Below are positions 17,954-26,130 of a stretch of DNA of 32,000 nucleotides, piece by piece. Within the stretch, counting starts at the first letter, position 1. Each line of letters begins with the position of its first letter. The DNA is from Candidatus Saccharimonadota bacterium (GTDB taxonomy: Bacteria; Patescibacteriota; Gracilibacteria; UBA4473), in NCBI GenBank assembly GCA_963677105.1, contig OY781871.1, forward strand, positions 630,001 through 662,000. The letters are read 5' to 3'. The translations under genes and the position numbers were made by a program. The notes under the pieces were generated by a model. The model did not search any database and was not told where the DNA came from. It worked only from the letters and a program-made list of their open reading frames with translations.

Positions 17954-18815
17954 AATTTGACATGATGTCTTCATTTTCTATACGAAGATCAATAGAGTAA
18001 TTGGATTTATTGCGTTTCACTTTTCCCCAAATATCAATTAAACGATTAGAGTTTCCATCAATATTAGTTCCATTCAAAAAAGAAATATGTGCTGAACGAT
18101 CAGAAATTTTTGTCGAATAACTTACAATCGAATTCTTTGATGTGATAATTATGTTATGAAAAATACTATCAAGAGATCCGATACCATTGTTTTTCAAATA
18201 CAGAGAACCGAGCTCGACAGATTGTTTATTAAAATTTCGTAATCGAAATCTTCCTAGTTTTTTCCAGCGTTCTAATCGCAGTCGAGATGGAGTGAAGTCT
18301 AATTTTTCAATTTCTATAATCCTTTTTTCAACAGAAGAAGCTTTTGAGACTTTTTCCACAATTGGTGATTTTTTTTGCGCATCAAAACTTGTTTCATCTG
18401 CACTACTTACGATTTCTATTAAATCCAAACCAATAGTTCGTCCGACACCTTGTATGTCAAGATTTGCTACAATGGTAATCACCTGAGTTGTGTTCGCTGG
18501 AATAATGAGTTTTTTAAAAAAACGAATTGTTGCTATATCATTCGTGAGCACTGGAAAACTTCGGGAACGAATATTCGTTCCTGTGGCGCGAATTGATTTT
18601 ACATCTTGCGAAGAGCTGAGTCCGGTGCGTTCGAAAAGGAGTTTATCAATGTACACAGTTTCATTTTTTGCCGTAAGATTTAGTTTCAACACGGGAATGT
18701 TTATTCCTTCTTTTGGTACAATTCGTGGCAAGATTGATTGAGAAGAAATATGTAATTCTCCGTTTGCAAAAACATTCGTTGAGAGAAAAAAAAGTGCGAG
18801 TAATATCTTTTTCAT
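17952..18815 (-). CDS. Secreted hypothetical protein with two tandem beta-rich domains
   Basis: Signal peptide MKKILLALFFLSTNVFA. The two halves share an alternating hydrophobic pattern (VLKLNLTAKNETVYIDKLLFERTG... versus LGRFRLRNFNKQSVELGSLYLKNNG...). I recognise no catalytic motif. Confidence 0.75.
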   Translation of the reverse strand: MKKILLALFFLSTNVFANGELHISSQSILPRIVPKEGINIPVLKLNLTAKNETVYIDKLLFERTGLSSSQDVKSIRATGTNIRSRSFPVLTNDIATIRFFKKLIIPANTTQVITIVANLDIQGVGRTIGLDLIEIVSSADETSFDAQKKSPIVEKVSKASSVEKRIIEIEKLDFTPSRLRLERWKKLGRFRLRNFNKQSVELGSLYLKNNGIGSLDSIFHNIIITSKNSIVSYSTKISDRSAHISFLNGTNIDGNSNRLIDIWGKVKRNKSNYSIDLRIENEDIMSN

Positions 18816-18875
18816 AAAATGAGTATCTCTCTTTATTTATGACAGAGCAAAAGTTTCGTCCTCAGCGAATATTTA

Positions 18876-18951
18876 TGGTAGGCCAGGTGGGAGTTGAACC
18901 CACCACCAAGGCGTTATGAGCACCCTGCTCTAACCGATGAGCTACTGGCCT
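18876..18951 (-). tRNA. tRNA with CAU anticodon and encoded CCA; features favour tRNA-Ile2 (lysidine) over elongator Met
   Basis: The reverse complement folds as a cloverleaf. Acceptor AGGCCAG/CTGGCCT, D arm GCTC-ATCGGTTA-GAGC, anticodon arm GGGTG-CTCATAA-CGCCT, variable loop TGGTG, T arm GTGGG-TTCAACT-CCCAC, discriminator A73 and CCA. The A1-U72 pair excludes a bacterial initiator. Confidence 0.95.
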
Positions 18952-19105
18952 TCCTCGACAATTACTCCACATTGCTTTATTCTGCTGCGCAGAAATTCGC
19001 GCGTTTTGCATTGTCTTGTTTTTCCCTTCAAAACATCTCGCAAGCGAGAAATTTTGTGGGAGCCCTAAAAATTTAAATGAGCACTGTGATTTTATCCAAA
19101 CTTTT

Positions 19106-19663
19106 TTAAATATCAATTCGAAACAGGTACCAAATTGTTCCGAGTACTTCACGAAGCACAAAATAAGATTCTTTTATGTAATGTCCGTGTTGATATGGAG
19201 CGGCGTGTATTACTGAATTGAGGTTCAATTTCCACGCTAACATGCGAATTCTTCCAAGATGAAAATCATTCGAAACGAGAATATATGAGCGTTCTGAGTT
19301 TAGGTTTTGTAATGTTGCTAATGAATTTATTCCGTTCGTATCGAGTTCAATTTTTTTCTGAGGAATTCCTGCTGTTTTTGCCATTTTTGCCATAACTTCT
19401 GGCTCAGAATCTGCACCAGAGAAAATGAGACAATCAACTTGGTTTTGTTCCCACAATTGGATACCAGCAATAGTTCTATCTGCAAGTGCGTGGCTTGGTC
19501 GTCCACCTTTCCATACCGCTGCACCAAACACAACTGCACAATCAGCGCGCTCCAGTGCGACCGAATTTTTATTTATTTGAACCCACCAAAATGAAGTTGC
19601 AAAGACGGCTACACTGAAAATCAGTGTTCCAATAGTCCAGCGTCGAAGGCGTTTGCGGATCAT
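19106..19663 (-). CDS. DUF218 (YdcF/SanA/ElyC-like) membrane-anchored protein
   Basis: N-terminal TM WTIGTLIFSVAVFATSFWWV, then VVFGAAVWKGGRPSHALADR...LIFSG...LVSNDFHLGRI, typical of DUF218. Its ATG overlaps the topA stop (ATGA, 19660-19663). Confidence 0.85.
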   Translation of the reverse strand: MIRKRLRRWTIGTLIFSVAVFATSFWWVQINKNSVALERADCAVVFGAAVWKGGRPSHALADRTIAGIQLWEQNQVDCLIFSGADSEPEVMAKMAKTAGIPQKKIELDTNGINSLATLQNLNSERSYILVSNDFHLGRIRMLAWKLNLNSVIHAAPYQHGHYIKESYFVLREVLGTIWYLFRIDI

Positions 19664-21975
19664 TTTTTCTTCACAAAACGTTTCTTTTTGTCAGGAGCTT
19701 CTTTAATGAGTTTCTCACATTGTTTCAATGTGAGTTTTTTCGGATCTTTGTCCTTTGGAATTTTAGCGTTCTTTTTTCCATCCGTAATGTAAGGGCCATA
19801 TCGTCCATTCAAAACTTGAATATCAGAACCTTCCCAAACCTGAATCATTTTTTCTGCTTCAGCTTTCTTTTTAGCAGCGACAAGTTCTTGTGCTACATCT
19901 TTAGGAATAGTGAAGGGATCATATTCTGAAGGGATTGAGACAAATAATTTTCCAATTCGTAAATATGGACCAAATCGTCCGAAGTTTGCACTTACAGATT
20001 CTCCTTCAGGAGTTACGCATACTTCTCGTGGCAATTTAAATAATTCGAGTGCTTCTTCAAGTGTAATTGTTTTCATACTCTTTCCCTCCGGAATAGAGGA
20101 AAATCGTGGTTTTTCTTCGTCATCTTTTGTTCCAATTTGGATCATAGGTCCAAATCGTCCAATTCGAGCGATAATTGGTTTTCCGGATTTTGGATCAGTA
20201 CCAAGTTCACGACTTTGTTGTGCTTCTGCTCGATCGATTCCACCAGCATCTTCAATCGTTTTATGAAATCCTTTATAGAAATCTCCGATCATTTTATTCC
20301 AAACTTTTGTTCCTGCAGCGACAGCGTCAAATCCTTCTTCAACCTGACGAGTAAATCCGTAATCTACAACATCTGGGAAAAATTTAACCAAGAAGTTTGT
20401 TACGACTTCTCCCAAATCAGTTGGAATAAGTTTTCCCTTGTCTGATCCAGCTTTTTCGATTTTTGTTTCTTCTGAAATAGTATTTTTTTTCAATCGCAAC
20501 ACATTCAAATTCCGTTCCGTTCCTGGACGATCTCCACGTTCTACATATTTTCGTGTTTGAATAGTACTAATTGTTGGAGCATAAGTAGATGGACGACCGA
20601 TTCCTTCTTCTTCCATTTTTTTTACCAAAGATGCTTCTGTGTATCGGGCTTTTGGTCGAGTGAATGTTTCTGTTGCAATCATTTCTGTAAGAGACAGAGA
20701 TTGCCCGATTTTCAGTGGAGGCAACATTTTCCCAAATGCTTCATCTGCATCGTCTTCATCAGTGCCTTCAAGATATGCTTTCAAAAACCCATCAAATCGA
20801 ATTACCTCGCCATGAGCTTCCAGTGTTTCTTTTGCGGTAGAAATGGAAACGAGAGCGGTTGTTTTTTCCAATTGAGCTTCTGCCATTTGACTAGCAACAG
20901 TTCGTTTCCAAATCAAATCATAGAGACGTTCTTCGTCTCGATCTCCACTTACGGAATGTTGTTCCATGTGTGTCGGACGAATTGCTTCATGCGCTTCTTG
21001 AGCATCAGCATTTTTTGTTTTGAATTTTCGTGTTGAAATATATTCTTTTCCATATGATGTTTTAATTTCTGCTGCGGCTGCCTTGAGAGCAAAATCAGAA
21101 AGATTTACAGAGTCAGTACGCATATAAGTGATATGTCCAGCTTCATATAATTTCTGTGCAACCATCATTGTTTTCTTTACTCCAAAATGAAGTTTTCGAC
21201 TTGCTTCTTGTTGCAGGGTTGAAGTTGTAAATGGAGCGGCAGGAGATTTTTTCCCGGGTTTCATTTGTAAATCCGCAACAGTAAAATCTGCTCCGTTACA
21301 TTTTTCCAAGAATGAACGAGCATCTTCAATATTTTTCACATTTTTTGGTACATTTGCAGTAAGAACTTTTCCTTCACCAAGATTAAAATCAGCAACAATA
21401 CGGAATGAAGATTTTGCATCATGTGCATCAATTTCATTTTCACGTTCTACGATAAGTCGAACAGCGACAGATTGTACTCGTCCAGCAGAAAGTCCACTTT
21501 GAACCTTTTTCCACAACACAGGAGAAAGTTCATATCCGACAAGTCTGTCTAGTACACGACGAGCTTGTTGAGCATCTACAAGTGGTTGATTTACTGTACG
21601 TGGATTTTTAACTGCTTCTGTAATAGCGTTTTTTGTAATCTCATGAAACACAATACGTTTTGTCTTTTTTGCATCCAATCCGAGTGCTTCACATAAATGC
21701 CAAGCAATCGCTTCTCCTTCACGATCTTCATCGGCTGCGAGCCATACTTCGTGAGTTTTTGCTAACTTTTTCAGTTCCGTTACGGTTTTCTTTTTGTCCG
21801 GATTAATTTCATATGTCGGCTCAAAGTTTCCACTTTCAAGATCAATATTCATTCCTTTGCTTGGAAGATCTCGGATATGTCCATAAGAGGATCTGACGAC
21901 AAAATCAGAACCTAAAAATTTTTCGATAGTCTTTGCTTTTGCAGGGGACTCTACGATTACAAGATTTTTTGCCAT
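19660..21975 (-). CDS. topA: DNA topoisomerase I
   Basis: TOPRIM MAKNLVIVESPAKAKTIEKFLG, EGEAIAWH, active-site context GHITYMRTDS, and three zinc-free C-terminal GRFGP(Y/M) repeats. The real start is the ATG at 21975; the ORF-track extension to 22134 overlaps tsaD and is not homologous. Confidence 0.96.
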   Translation of the reverse strand: MAKNLVIVESPAKAKTIEKFLGSDFVVRSSYGHIRDLPSKGMNIDLESGNFEPTYEINPDKKKTVTELKKLAKTHEVWLAADEDREGEAIAWHLCEALGLDAKKTKRIVFHEITKNAITEAVKNPRTVNQPLVDAQQARRVLDRLVGYELSPVLWKKVQSGLSAGRVQSVAVRLIVERENEIDAHDAKSSFRIVADFNLGEGKVLTANVPKNVKNIEDARSFLEKCNGADFTVADLQMKPGKKSPAAPFTTSTLQQEASRKLHFGVKKTMMVAQKLYEAGHITYMRTDSVNLSDFALKAAAAEIKTSYGKEYISTRKFKTKNADAQEAHEAIRPTHMEQHSVSGDRDEERLYDLIWKRTVASQMAEAQLEKTTALVSISTAKETLEAHGEVIRFDGFLKAYLEGTDEDDADEAFGKMLPPLKIGQSLSLTEMIATETFTRPKARYTEASLVKKMEEEGIGRPSTYAPTISTIQTRKYVERGDRPGTERNLNVLRLKKNTISEETKIEKAGSDKGKLIPTDLGEVVTNFLVKFFPDVVDYGFTRQVEEGFDAVAAGTKVWNKMIGDFYKGFHKTIEDAGGIDRAEAQQSRELGTDPKSGKPIIARIGRFGPMIQIGTKDDEEKPRFSSIPEGKSMKTITLEEALELFKLPREVCVTPEGESVSANFGRFGPYLRIGKLFVSIPSEYDPFTIPKDVAQELVAAKKKAEAEKMIQVWEGSDIQVLNGRYGPYITDGKKNAKIPKDKDPKKLTLKQCEKLIKEAPDKKKRFVKKK

Positions 21976-22020
21976 GTGTTTGATAATTATTCCAGTATAG
22001 GGTAGCGGACAAAATTTTTT

Positions 22021-22049
22021 TTGGCAAAAATTCATTGAGTGAGTAGGAT
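22021..22049 (+). promoter_or_regulatory. Candidate promoter for tsaD
   Basis: TTGGCA (22021-22026), 17 nt, TAGGAT (22044-22049), located 6 nt before the GTG start at 22056. Confidence 0.4.
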
Positions 22050-22055
22050 TCATTT

Positions 22056-23102
22056 GTGAAAATACTTGCTTTTGAAACGAGTTGCGATGATACAGCTGTT
22101 GCGGTTGTAGAAGATGGAACACGAGTTTTATCAAATATTAGAATTTCTCAGGTGGAACATTCAAAATTTGGAGGCGTTGTTCCAGAAATTGCGGCGAGAC
22201 TTCATTCTGAAAATTGGCGAGGAGCTTTAGAAAAATGCTTAGAAGAATCTTCTTTAGAAATTCTAGATATTGATTTTCTCGCGGTTACAGCTGGGCCAGG
22301 ATTACAAACATCACTTTTAACGGGAACAACGGCGGCGAGTTTTTTATCGCAGTTTTTTCAGAAAAAAATAATTCCCGTTCAGCATATTCGAGGACACATA
22401 AATTCTATTTATCTCGATCGTGATTCAGATGAAATACAATTCCCAGTTCTTGTGTTAACCGTTTCTGGTGGACATACAGATATGTTTCTTCAAACATCAC
22501 CAACAGATATTCAAAAGCTAGGAGGAACGCTTGACGATGCAGCCGGAGAAGCGTTTGATAAGTGTGCTAAAATGCTCGGACTTGGATATCCAGGAGGACC
22601 GATTGTTTCTCATGAAGCAGAAAAAGGAGATCCGAAAAAGTATGCGTTTCCACGACCATTACTCGGAAAAGAGTCGCTCGATTTTTCGTTTTCAGGAATA
22701 AAAGCAGCAGTGTATCGTGAAGTTGAAGCGGAAAATCAAAGTACAAATAACAAAGGACAAAGTGCAAATGAGGAAGGGCAGAAATTTATTCAGGATGTTT
22801 GTGCGGGATTTCAGCAAGCGACGGTTGATGTATTTGTGAAAAAAGTTACACGAGCATTAACTCAATATCCAACAGTAAAAGCGGTTCATTTCACTGGTGG
22901 AGTTTCAGCAAATAAGGTAATTCGTTCAGCACTAGAAAAATTATGTTCATCGAAAAACATTACATTTCGTGTGCCAGCGAAATTTGAATATTGTACTGAT
23001 AATGCAGCAATGATTGCGTCCGAAGCGTGGTTGCAATATCAAAAAAATCCAGATATTGCACAGATTCAGTTTGTAGATGCGGTACCGAGATTAGAAGTAT
23101 AA
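22056..23102 (+). CDS. tsaD: tRNA N6-adenosine threonylcarbamoyltransferase TsaD
   Basis: ILAFETSCDDTAVAVV, metal site VQHIRGH, VSGGHT, GYPGGP, FSFSGIK, GGVSAN and CTDNAAMIA. GTG start; no in-frame ATG is nearby and a stop lies 12 nt upstream. Confidence 0.95.
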   Translation: MKILAFETSCDDTAVAVVEDGTRVLSNIRISQVEHSKFGGVVPEIAARLHSENWRGALEKCLEESSLEILDIDFLAVTAGPGLQTSLLTGTTAASFLSQFFQKKIIPVQHIRGHINSIYLDRDSDEIQFPVLVLTVSGGHTDMFLQTSPTDIQKLGGTLDDAAGEAFDKCAKMLGLGYPGGPIVSHEAEKGDPKKYAFPRPLLGKESLDFSFSGIKAAVYREVEAENQSTNNKGQSANEEGQKFIQDVCAGFQQATVDVFVKKVTRALTQYPTVKAVHFTGGVSANKVIRSALEKLCSSKNITFRVPAKFEYCTDNAAMIASEAWLQYQKNPDIAQIQFVDAVPRLEV

Positions 23103-23128
23103 AACGTGTTTTTTAGATTATATACTTA

Positions 23129-23482
23129 TTATTCTGGATGATAGGGAGTTAATAATCTTAAAAGAATAGCACATGTTATGGGAAGCGCAATTGTTATAAG
23201 TGAAGAGATAATAGAAGTTTTATTATTTTTTCCAGGGAATAATACTCTTAACCATGGGGATAAAAGAGAAATAAAAACTACTAAAATTAATTCATAAATA
23301 TGCCACAAACTTTGATGTCCGATTCCAATTATTGTTAGGATGATCCAGGTTAGGACTCCATACAAATGTGTTCCATAATCGCATTTATACCACTTAACTC
23401 TTGTTTTAAAAAAATACCATGTAGGAAGAGAGAGTATAGTTAGAAATAAAACAGTCCAAAACAATAGTGTCATAGCGTTCAT
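23129..23482 (-). CDS. Small hypothetical integral membrane protein (about 4 TM)
   Basis: 117-aa hydrophobic ORF whose ATG overlaps the folE stop (ATGA, 23479-23482). I recognise no family. Confidence 0.6.
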   Translation of the reverse strand: MNAMTLLFWTVLFLTILSLPTWYFFKTRVKWYKCDYGTHLYGVLTWIILTIIGIGHQSLWHIYELILVVFISLLSPWLRVLFPGKNNKTSIISSLITIALPITCAILLRLLTPYHPE

Positions 23483-24021
23483 TTCACCTGCATCAAAAAC
23501 TCCTGTCGTAGAGCAGCATTTGTTTCAAATTCACCGAGCCAAGTGGTTGTTACTGCTTCGGAAGTTGGATTTTTTACACCACGAGAATGCATGCATAAAT
23601 GTTTTCCAGTGAGCATAACTGCGACTCCGCGTGGCTTTAATCCTTTCATTAATGTTTCTGCAACTTGAAGTGTGATACGTTCTTGATTTTGTAATCGTTT
23701 TGCAAACACTTCCACTAATCGTGGGAGTTTTGATAATCCTGTGATTTTTCCATCAGGAATATATGCAATATGAGCTTTTCCCATAAACGGAACCATGTGA
23801 TGTTCACACGTAGAATAATATTCAATATCGCGAACAAGAATCATATCTTTTGCGCCTTCTGCATCGAATTTTTTCAAAATACTTTCTGCGTCTTCATTAT
23901 ATCCTGCAAAAATTTCTTTGTGCATGTTTGCAATACGTTTTGGCGTTTCAACCAATCCCTCGCGTGTTGGATCTTCACCAATATTTTTCAACATTTCGAT
24001 TACAGCTTCTTCTGTTTTCAT
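23479..24021 (-). CDS. folE: GTP cyclohydrolase I
   Basis: EDPTREGLVETPKRIA ... YSTCEHHMVPFMGKAHIAYIP ... RLQNQERIT ... HLCMHSRGV. Confidence 0.95.
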   Translation of the reverse strand: MKTEEAVIEMLKNIGEDPTREGLVETPKRIANMHKEIFAGYNEDAESILKKFDAEGAKDMILVRDIEYYSTCEHHMVPFMGKAHIAYIPDGKITGLSKLPRLVEVFAKRLQNQERITLQVAETLMKGLKPRGVAVMLTGKHLCMHSRGVKNPTSEAVTTTWLGEFETNAALRQEFLMQVK

Positions 24022-24470
24022 TTTTTCAAAAGTGATTTAAGCACTCCGAGAGTAGGTATTTCAAAATTTTCGTCAACAAGTTCTGCCAGAGGATTTAAGA
24101 CAAAATCACGTTTCGCAATTTCAGAATGAGGAATAGTTAAATTGTCCGTGTGCACTATTTGATCGTGGAAAATAAGAATATCCAGATCAAGAATTCGATC
24201 AGACCATCGTGGTGATTGTAGATTTCTTCCTGCCGACTTTTCTACGTCTTTCAAGACAACAAGAAGTTGTTCTGGTGTCATTTTTTCCGGTATAGAAATT
24301 TCCCAAACAGCGTTGCTAAATTCATTTTTTGCAATTCCACCAAATGGAGGATTTTTTAAAATAGCAGATTTTTGCACGACAAGAATTTTGTGTTTCTTTA
24401 AAAAATTTTCTGCCGCGAGAAATATTTGTTCAGTATTTCCAATAGAAGAACCAACTCCAAGAAAAATCAT
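24018..24470 (-). CDS. folK: 2-amino-4-hydroxy-6-hydroxymethyldihydropteridine pyrophosphokinase (HPPK)
   Basis: MIFLGVGSSIGN ... RWSDRILDLDILIF ... LTIPHSEIAKRDFVLNPL parallels E. coli FolK (RWGPRTLDLDI, LTVPH). The real start is the ATG at 24470; the longer ORF (to 24698) overlaps the SMR gene out of frame. Confidence 0.9.
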   Translation of the reverse strand: MIFLGVGSSIGNTEQIFLAAENFLKKHKILVVQKSAILKNPPFGGIAKNEFSNAVWEISIPEKMTPEQLLVVLKDVEKSAGRNLQSPRWSDRILDLDILIFHDQIVHTDNLTIPHSEIAKRDFVLNPLAELVDENFEIPTLGVLKSLLKK

Positions 24471-24784
24471 TTTGGTAATTCCAACAAAACAACGCCTCCT
24501 ACGATAAGAACAATTCCGAGTAATTGGAGAGACGAGAGTTTTTCCCCAAAGATTATCCAACCAATAAGAACAGTTGCAATTGCTGTAAATCCTGCCCAAA
24601 TAGCGTTTGTAAAAGCAAGAGATTCGATTCGTAACATTTGTACAAGGGCTATTACCATTGTTCCAAAAAAAGTAATTGCGAGTGCTAGCCACCACCATTT
24701 ATTTGAAACAACGTATTGTTTCGCAAAGCTTATTCCTACTAAATCAAGGACAAGAGTAATGGAAAGGAATATCCAAAATTTCAT
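24467..24784 (-). CDS. Small multidrug resistance (SMR/EmrE-like) 4-TM transporter
   Basis: 105 aa that aligns without gaps to E. coli EmrE as I recall it. G17, K22, W63, G65 and the C-terminal GxxLIxxGVxxL are conserved, but position 14 is Asp, not Glu. Confidence 0.8.
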   Translation of the reverse strand: MKFWIFLSITLVLDLVGISFAKQYVVSNKWWWLALAITFFGTMVIALVQMLRIESLAFTNAIWAGFTAIATVLIGWIIFGEKLSSLQLLGIVLIVGGVVLLELPK

Positions 24785-26118
24785 TTTAAAAATTCTTCAA
24801 CAAGAGATTCTGCCGCTCCTGTATATGTTTCAGGTGTTAATGAAAGAAGAGTTTTTTTGTCTGCATCGGAAAGTTTTGTTTGACTCACAAATTCATGAAC
24901 TTCTTCCAAAGAAAGTGCTTGTCCGCGAGAAAACTTTTTCAACTGATCATATGCATCAGCATGTCCATGAGCACGAAGAACTGTTTGTATTGCTTCGGTT
25001 AAAACTTCAGGAGCATTTTTTAAATCTTTTTTCAAAACTGCTTTTTTGAGCTCTAATTTCCCAAGACCTTTTTGTAAACTCGCAAGTGCTAATCCCAAAT
25101 GGCCAAAGACAAGTCCTAAGTTTCGTTGAAGCGTAGAATCGGTTAAGTCTCGTTGCCAACGGCTGATTGGCAATTCATCTGATAAAGTTCGAGCAATTCC
25201 ACGAGCAAGTTTCAAATTTCCTTCGGCATTTTCAAAATCAATAGGATTTACTTTATGTGGCATAGTTGAGCTTCCGACTTCTCCAGCAACGACTTTTTGT
25301 CCAAAATATCCAAGAGAAATGTAGCTCCAAATATCTCGACACATATCAATTAATACATTTGATAGTCGTGAAATTTCATTCAATATTGCAGCTTGTCCGT
25401 CATGTGATTCAATTTGTGTGGTCATTCCATTCCAATTCAAATCGAGTCGTTTTTCTACAAATTCTTTACTGAGATTTGCCCAATTTTTCTTCGGGAAAGC
25501 AGCCATATGAGCGGCAAAATTTCCAGTTGCTCCAGCGAATTTTCCAAACACAGGAATATTTTGCGTTGTAGCCATAATTCGCTCCATTCGAACTAAAAAC
25601 ACACAAAACTCATGTCCGATTGTTGTTGGAGTTGCTGTTTGTCCATGTGTTCGAGAAAGCATTGCTACGCCTTTCCATTGTTTTGCTTTTTTCTTCAAAT
25701 CTTTTGTGATTCCTTCTAATTTTGGTGTAAGTGCAGCCATTCCTTCACATAAAACAATTCCATATGCACAAGAATTTATATCTTCACTTGTGCATCCGAA
25801 ATGAATCCAACCCCAATGTGATTTTGGAACATGTTTACGTAAAAACATTTCAACCGCTTTTACATCATGATTCGTTATAGCTTCAATTTTTTTAATTGCG
25901 GCGTATGATTTTTCATCAAATGTTTGAATTACTTTTTCTAATTTTTTTCGTGCAGATTTAGAAAGTTCTGGTGATATTTTTTTATCTGCTAAAAATAAAA
26001 GCCATTCAATTTCTACTTCTGTTCGAGCTCGCATTAAACCGAATTCTGAAAATATTGGAGCAAGAAAATCTACCCTTGCTGCATATCTACCGTCGAGTGG
26101 AGAAAGCGAATAGTTCAT
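24781..26118 (-). CDS. purB: Adenylosuccinate lyase
   Basis: 445 aa. SPLDGRY start, HFGCTSEDIN, TMPHKVNPIDFEN (lyase signature loop) and the QRDLTDS block. Confidence 0.95.
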   Translation of the reverse strand: MNYSLSPLDGRYAARVDFLAPIFSEFGLMRARTEVEIEWLLFLADKKISPELSKSARKKLEKVIQTFDEKSYAAIKKIEAITNHDVKAVEMFLRKHVPKSHWGWIHFGCTSEDINSCAYGIVLCEGMAALTPKLEGITKDLKKKAKQWKGVAMLSRTHGQTATPTTIGHEFCVFLVRMERIMATTQNIPVFGKFAGATGNFAAHMAAFPKKNWANLSKEFVEKRLDLNWNGMTTQIESHDGQAAILNEISRLSNVLIDMCRDIWSYISLGYFGQKVVAGEVGSSTMPHKVNPIDFENAEGNLKLARGIARTLSDELPISRWQRDLTDSTLQRNLGLVFGHLGLALASLQKGLGKLELKKAVLKKDLKNAPEVLTEAIQTVLRAHGHADAYDQLKKFSRGQALSLEEVHEFVSQTKLSDADKKTLLSLTPETYTGAAESLVEEFLK

Positions 26119-26130
26119 GTATAAATAAAA

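Noticed and set aside
18876-18951. Initiator tRNA-fMet assignment for the CAU tRNA
   Set aside because: Positions 1-72 form an A-U Watson-Crick pair, whereas bacterial initiators have a 1x72 mismatch. The anticodon stem is GGGTG/CGCCT and lacks the three consecutive G-C pairs next to the loop.
18952-19105. The 154-nt spacer between the DUF218 gene and the tRNA, checked for an additional ncRNA. It has small hairpins TCTCG-CAAG-CGAGA (~19036-19049) and TGCGC-N8-GCGCG (~18985-19002).
   Set aside because: The stems are only 5 bp with no convincing flanking promoter or terminator on either strand. The region most likely holds the tRNA promoter and a weak terminator for the DUF218 gene, and I could not support either confidently.
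19970-20160. Repeated 11-mer CCAAATCGTCC at 19970-19980 and 20150-20160
   Set aside because: It is explained by the repeated GRFGP motif of the TopA C-terminal repeat domains (complementary strand). This is a protein-level repeat, not a DNA element.
21976-22134. 53-codon N-terminal extension of the topA ORF that overlaps the tsaD start
   Set aside because: Homology to TopA begins exactly at the ATG at 21975 (MAKNLVIVESPAKAK). The extension has no TopA-like sequence and would remove the divergent promoter region.
24471-24698. 76-codon N-terminal extension of the folK ORF. The same issue affects adk (3725-3811), smpB (2775-2819), htpX (5985-6005) and the PSP1 gene (26998-27039).
   Set aside because: The extensions overlap the upstream genes out of frame or start at TTG. 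The canonical family N-termini begin at internal ATGs, and the folK ATG forms an ATGA overlap with the SMR gene stop.
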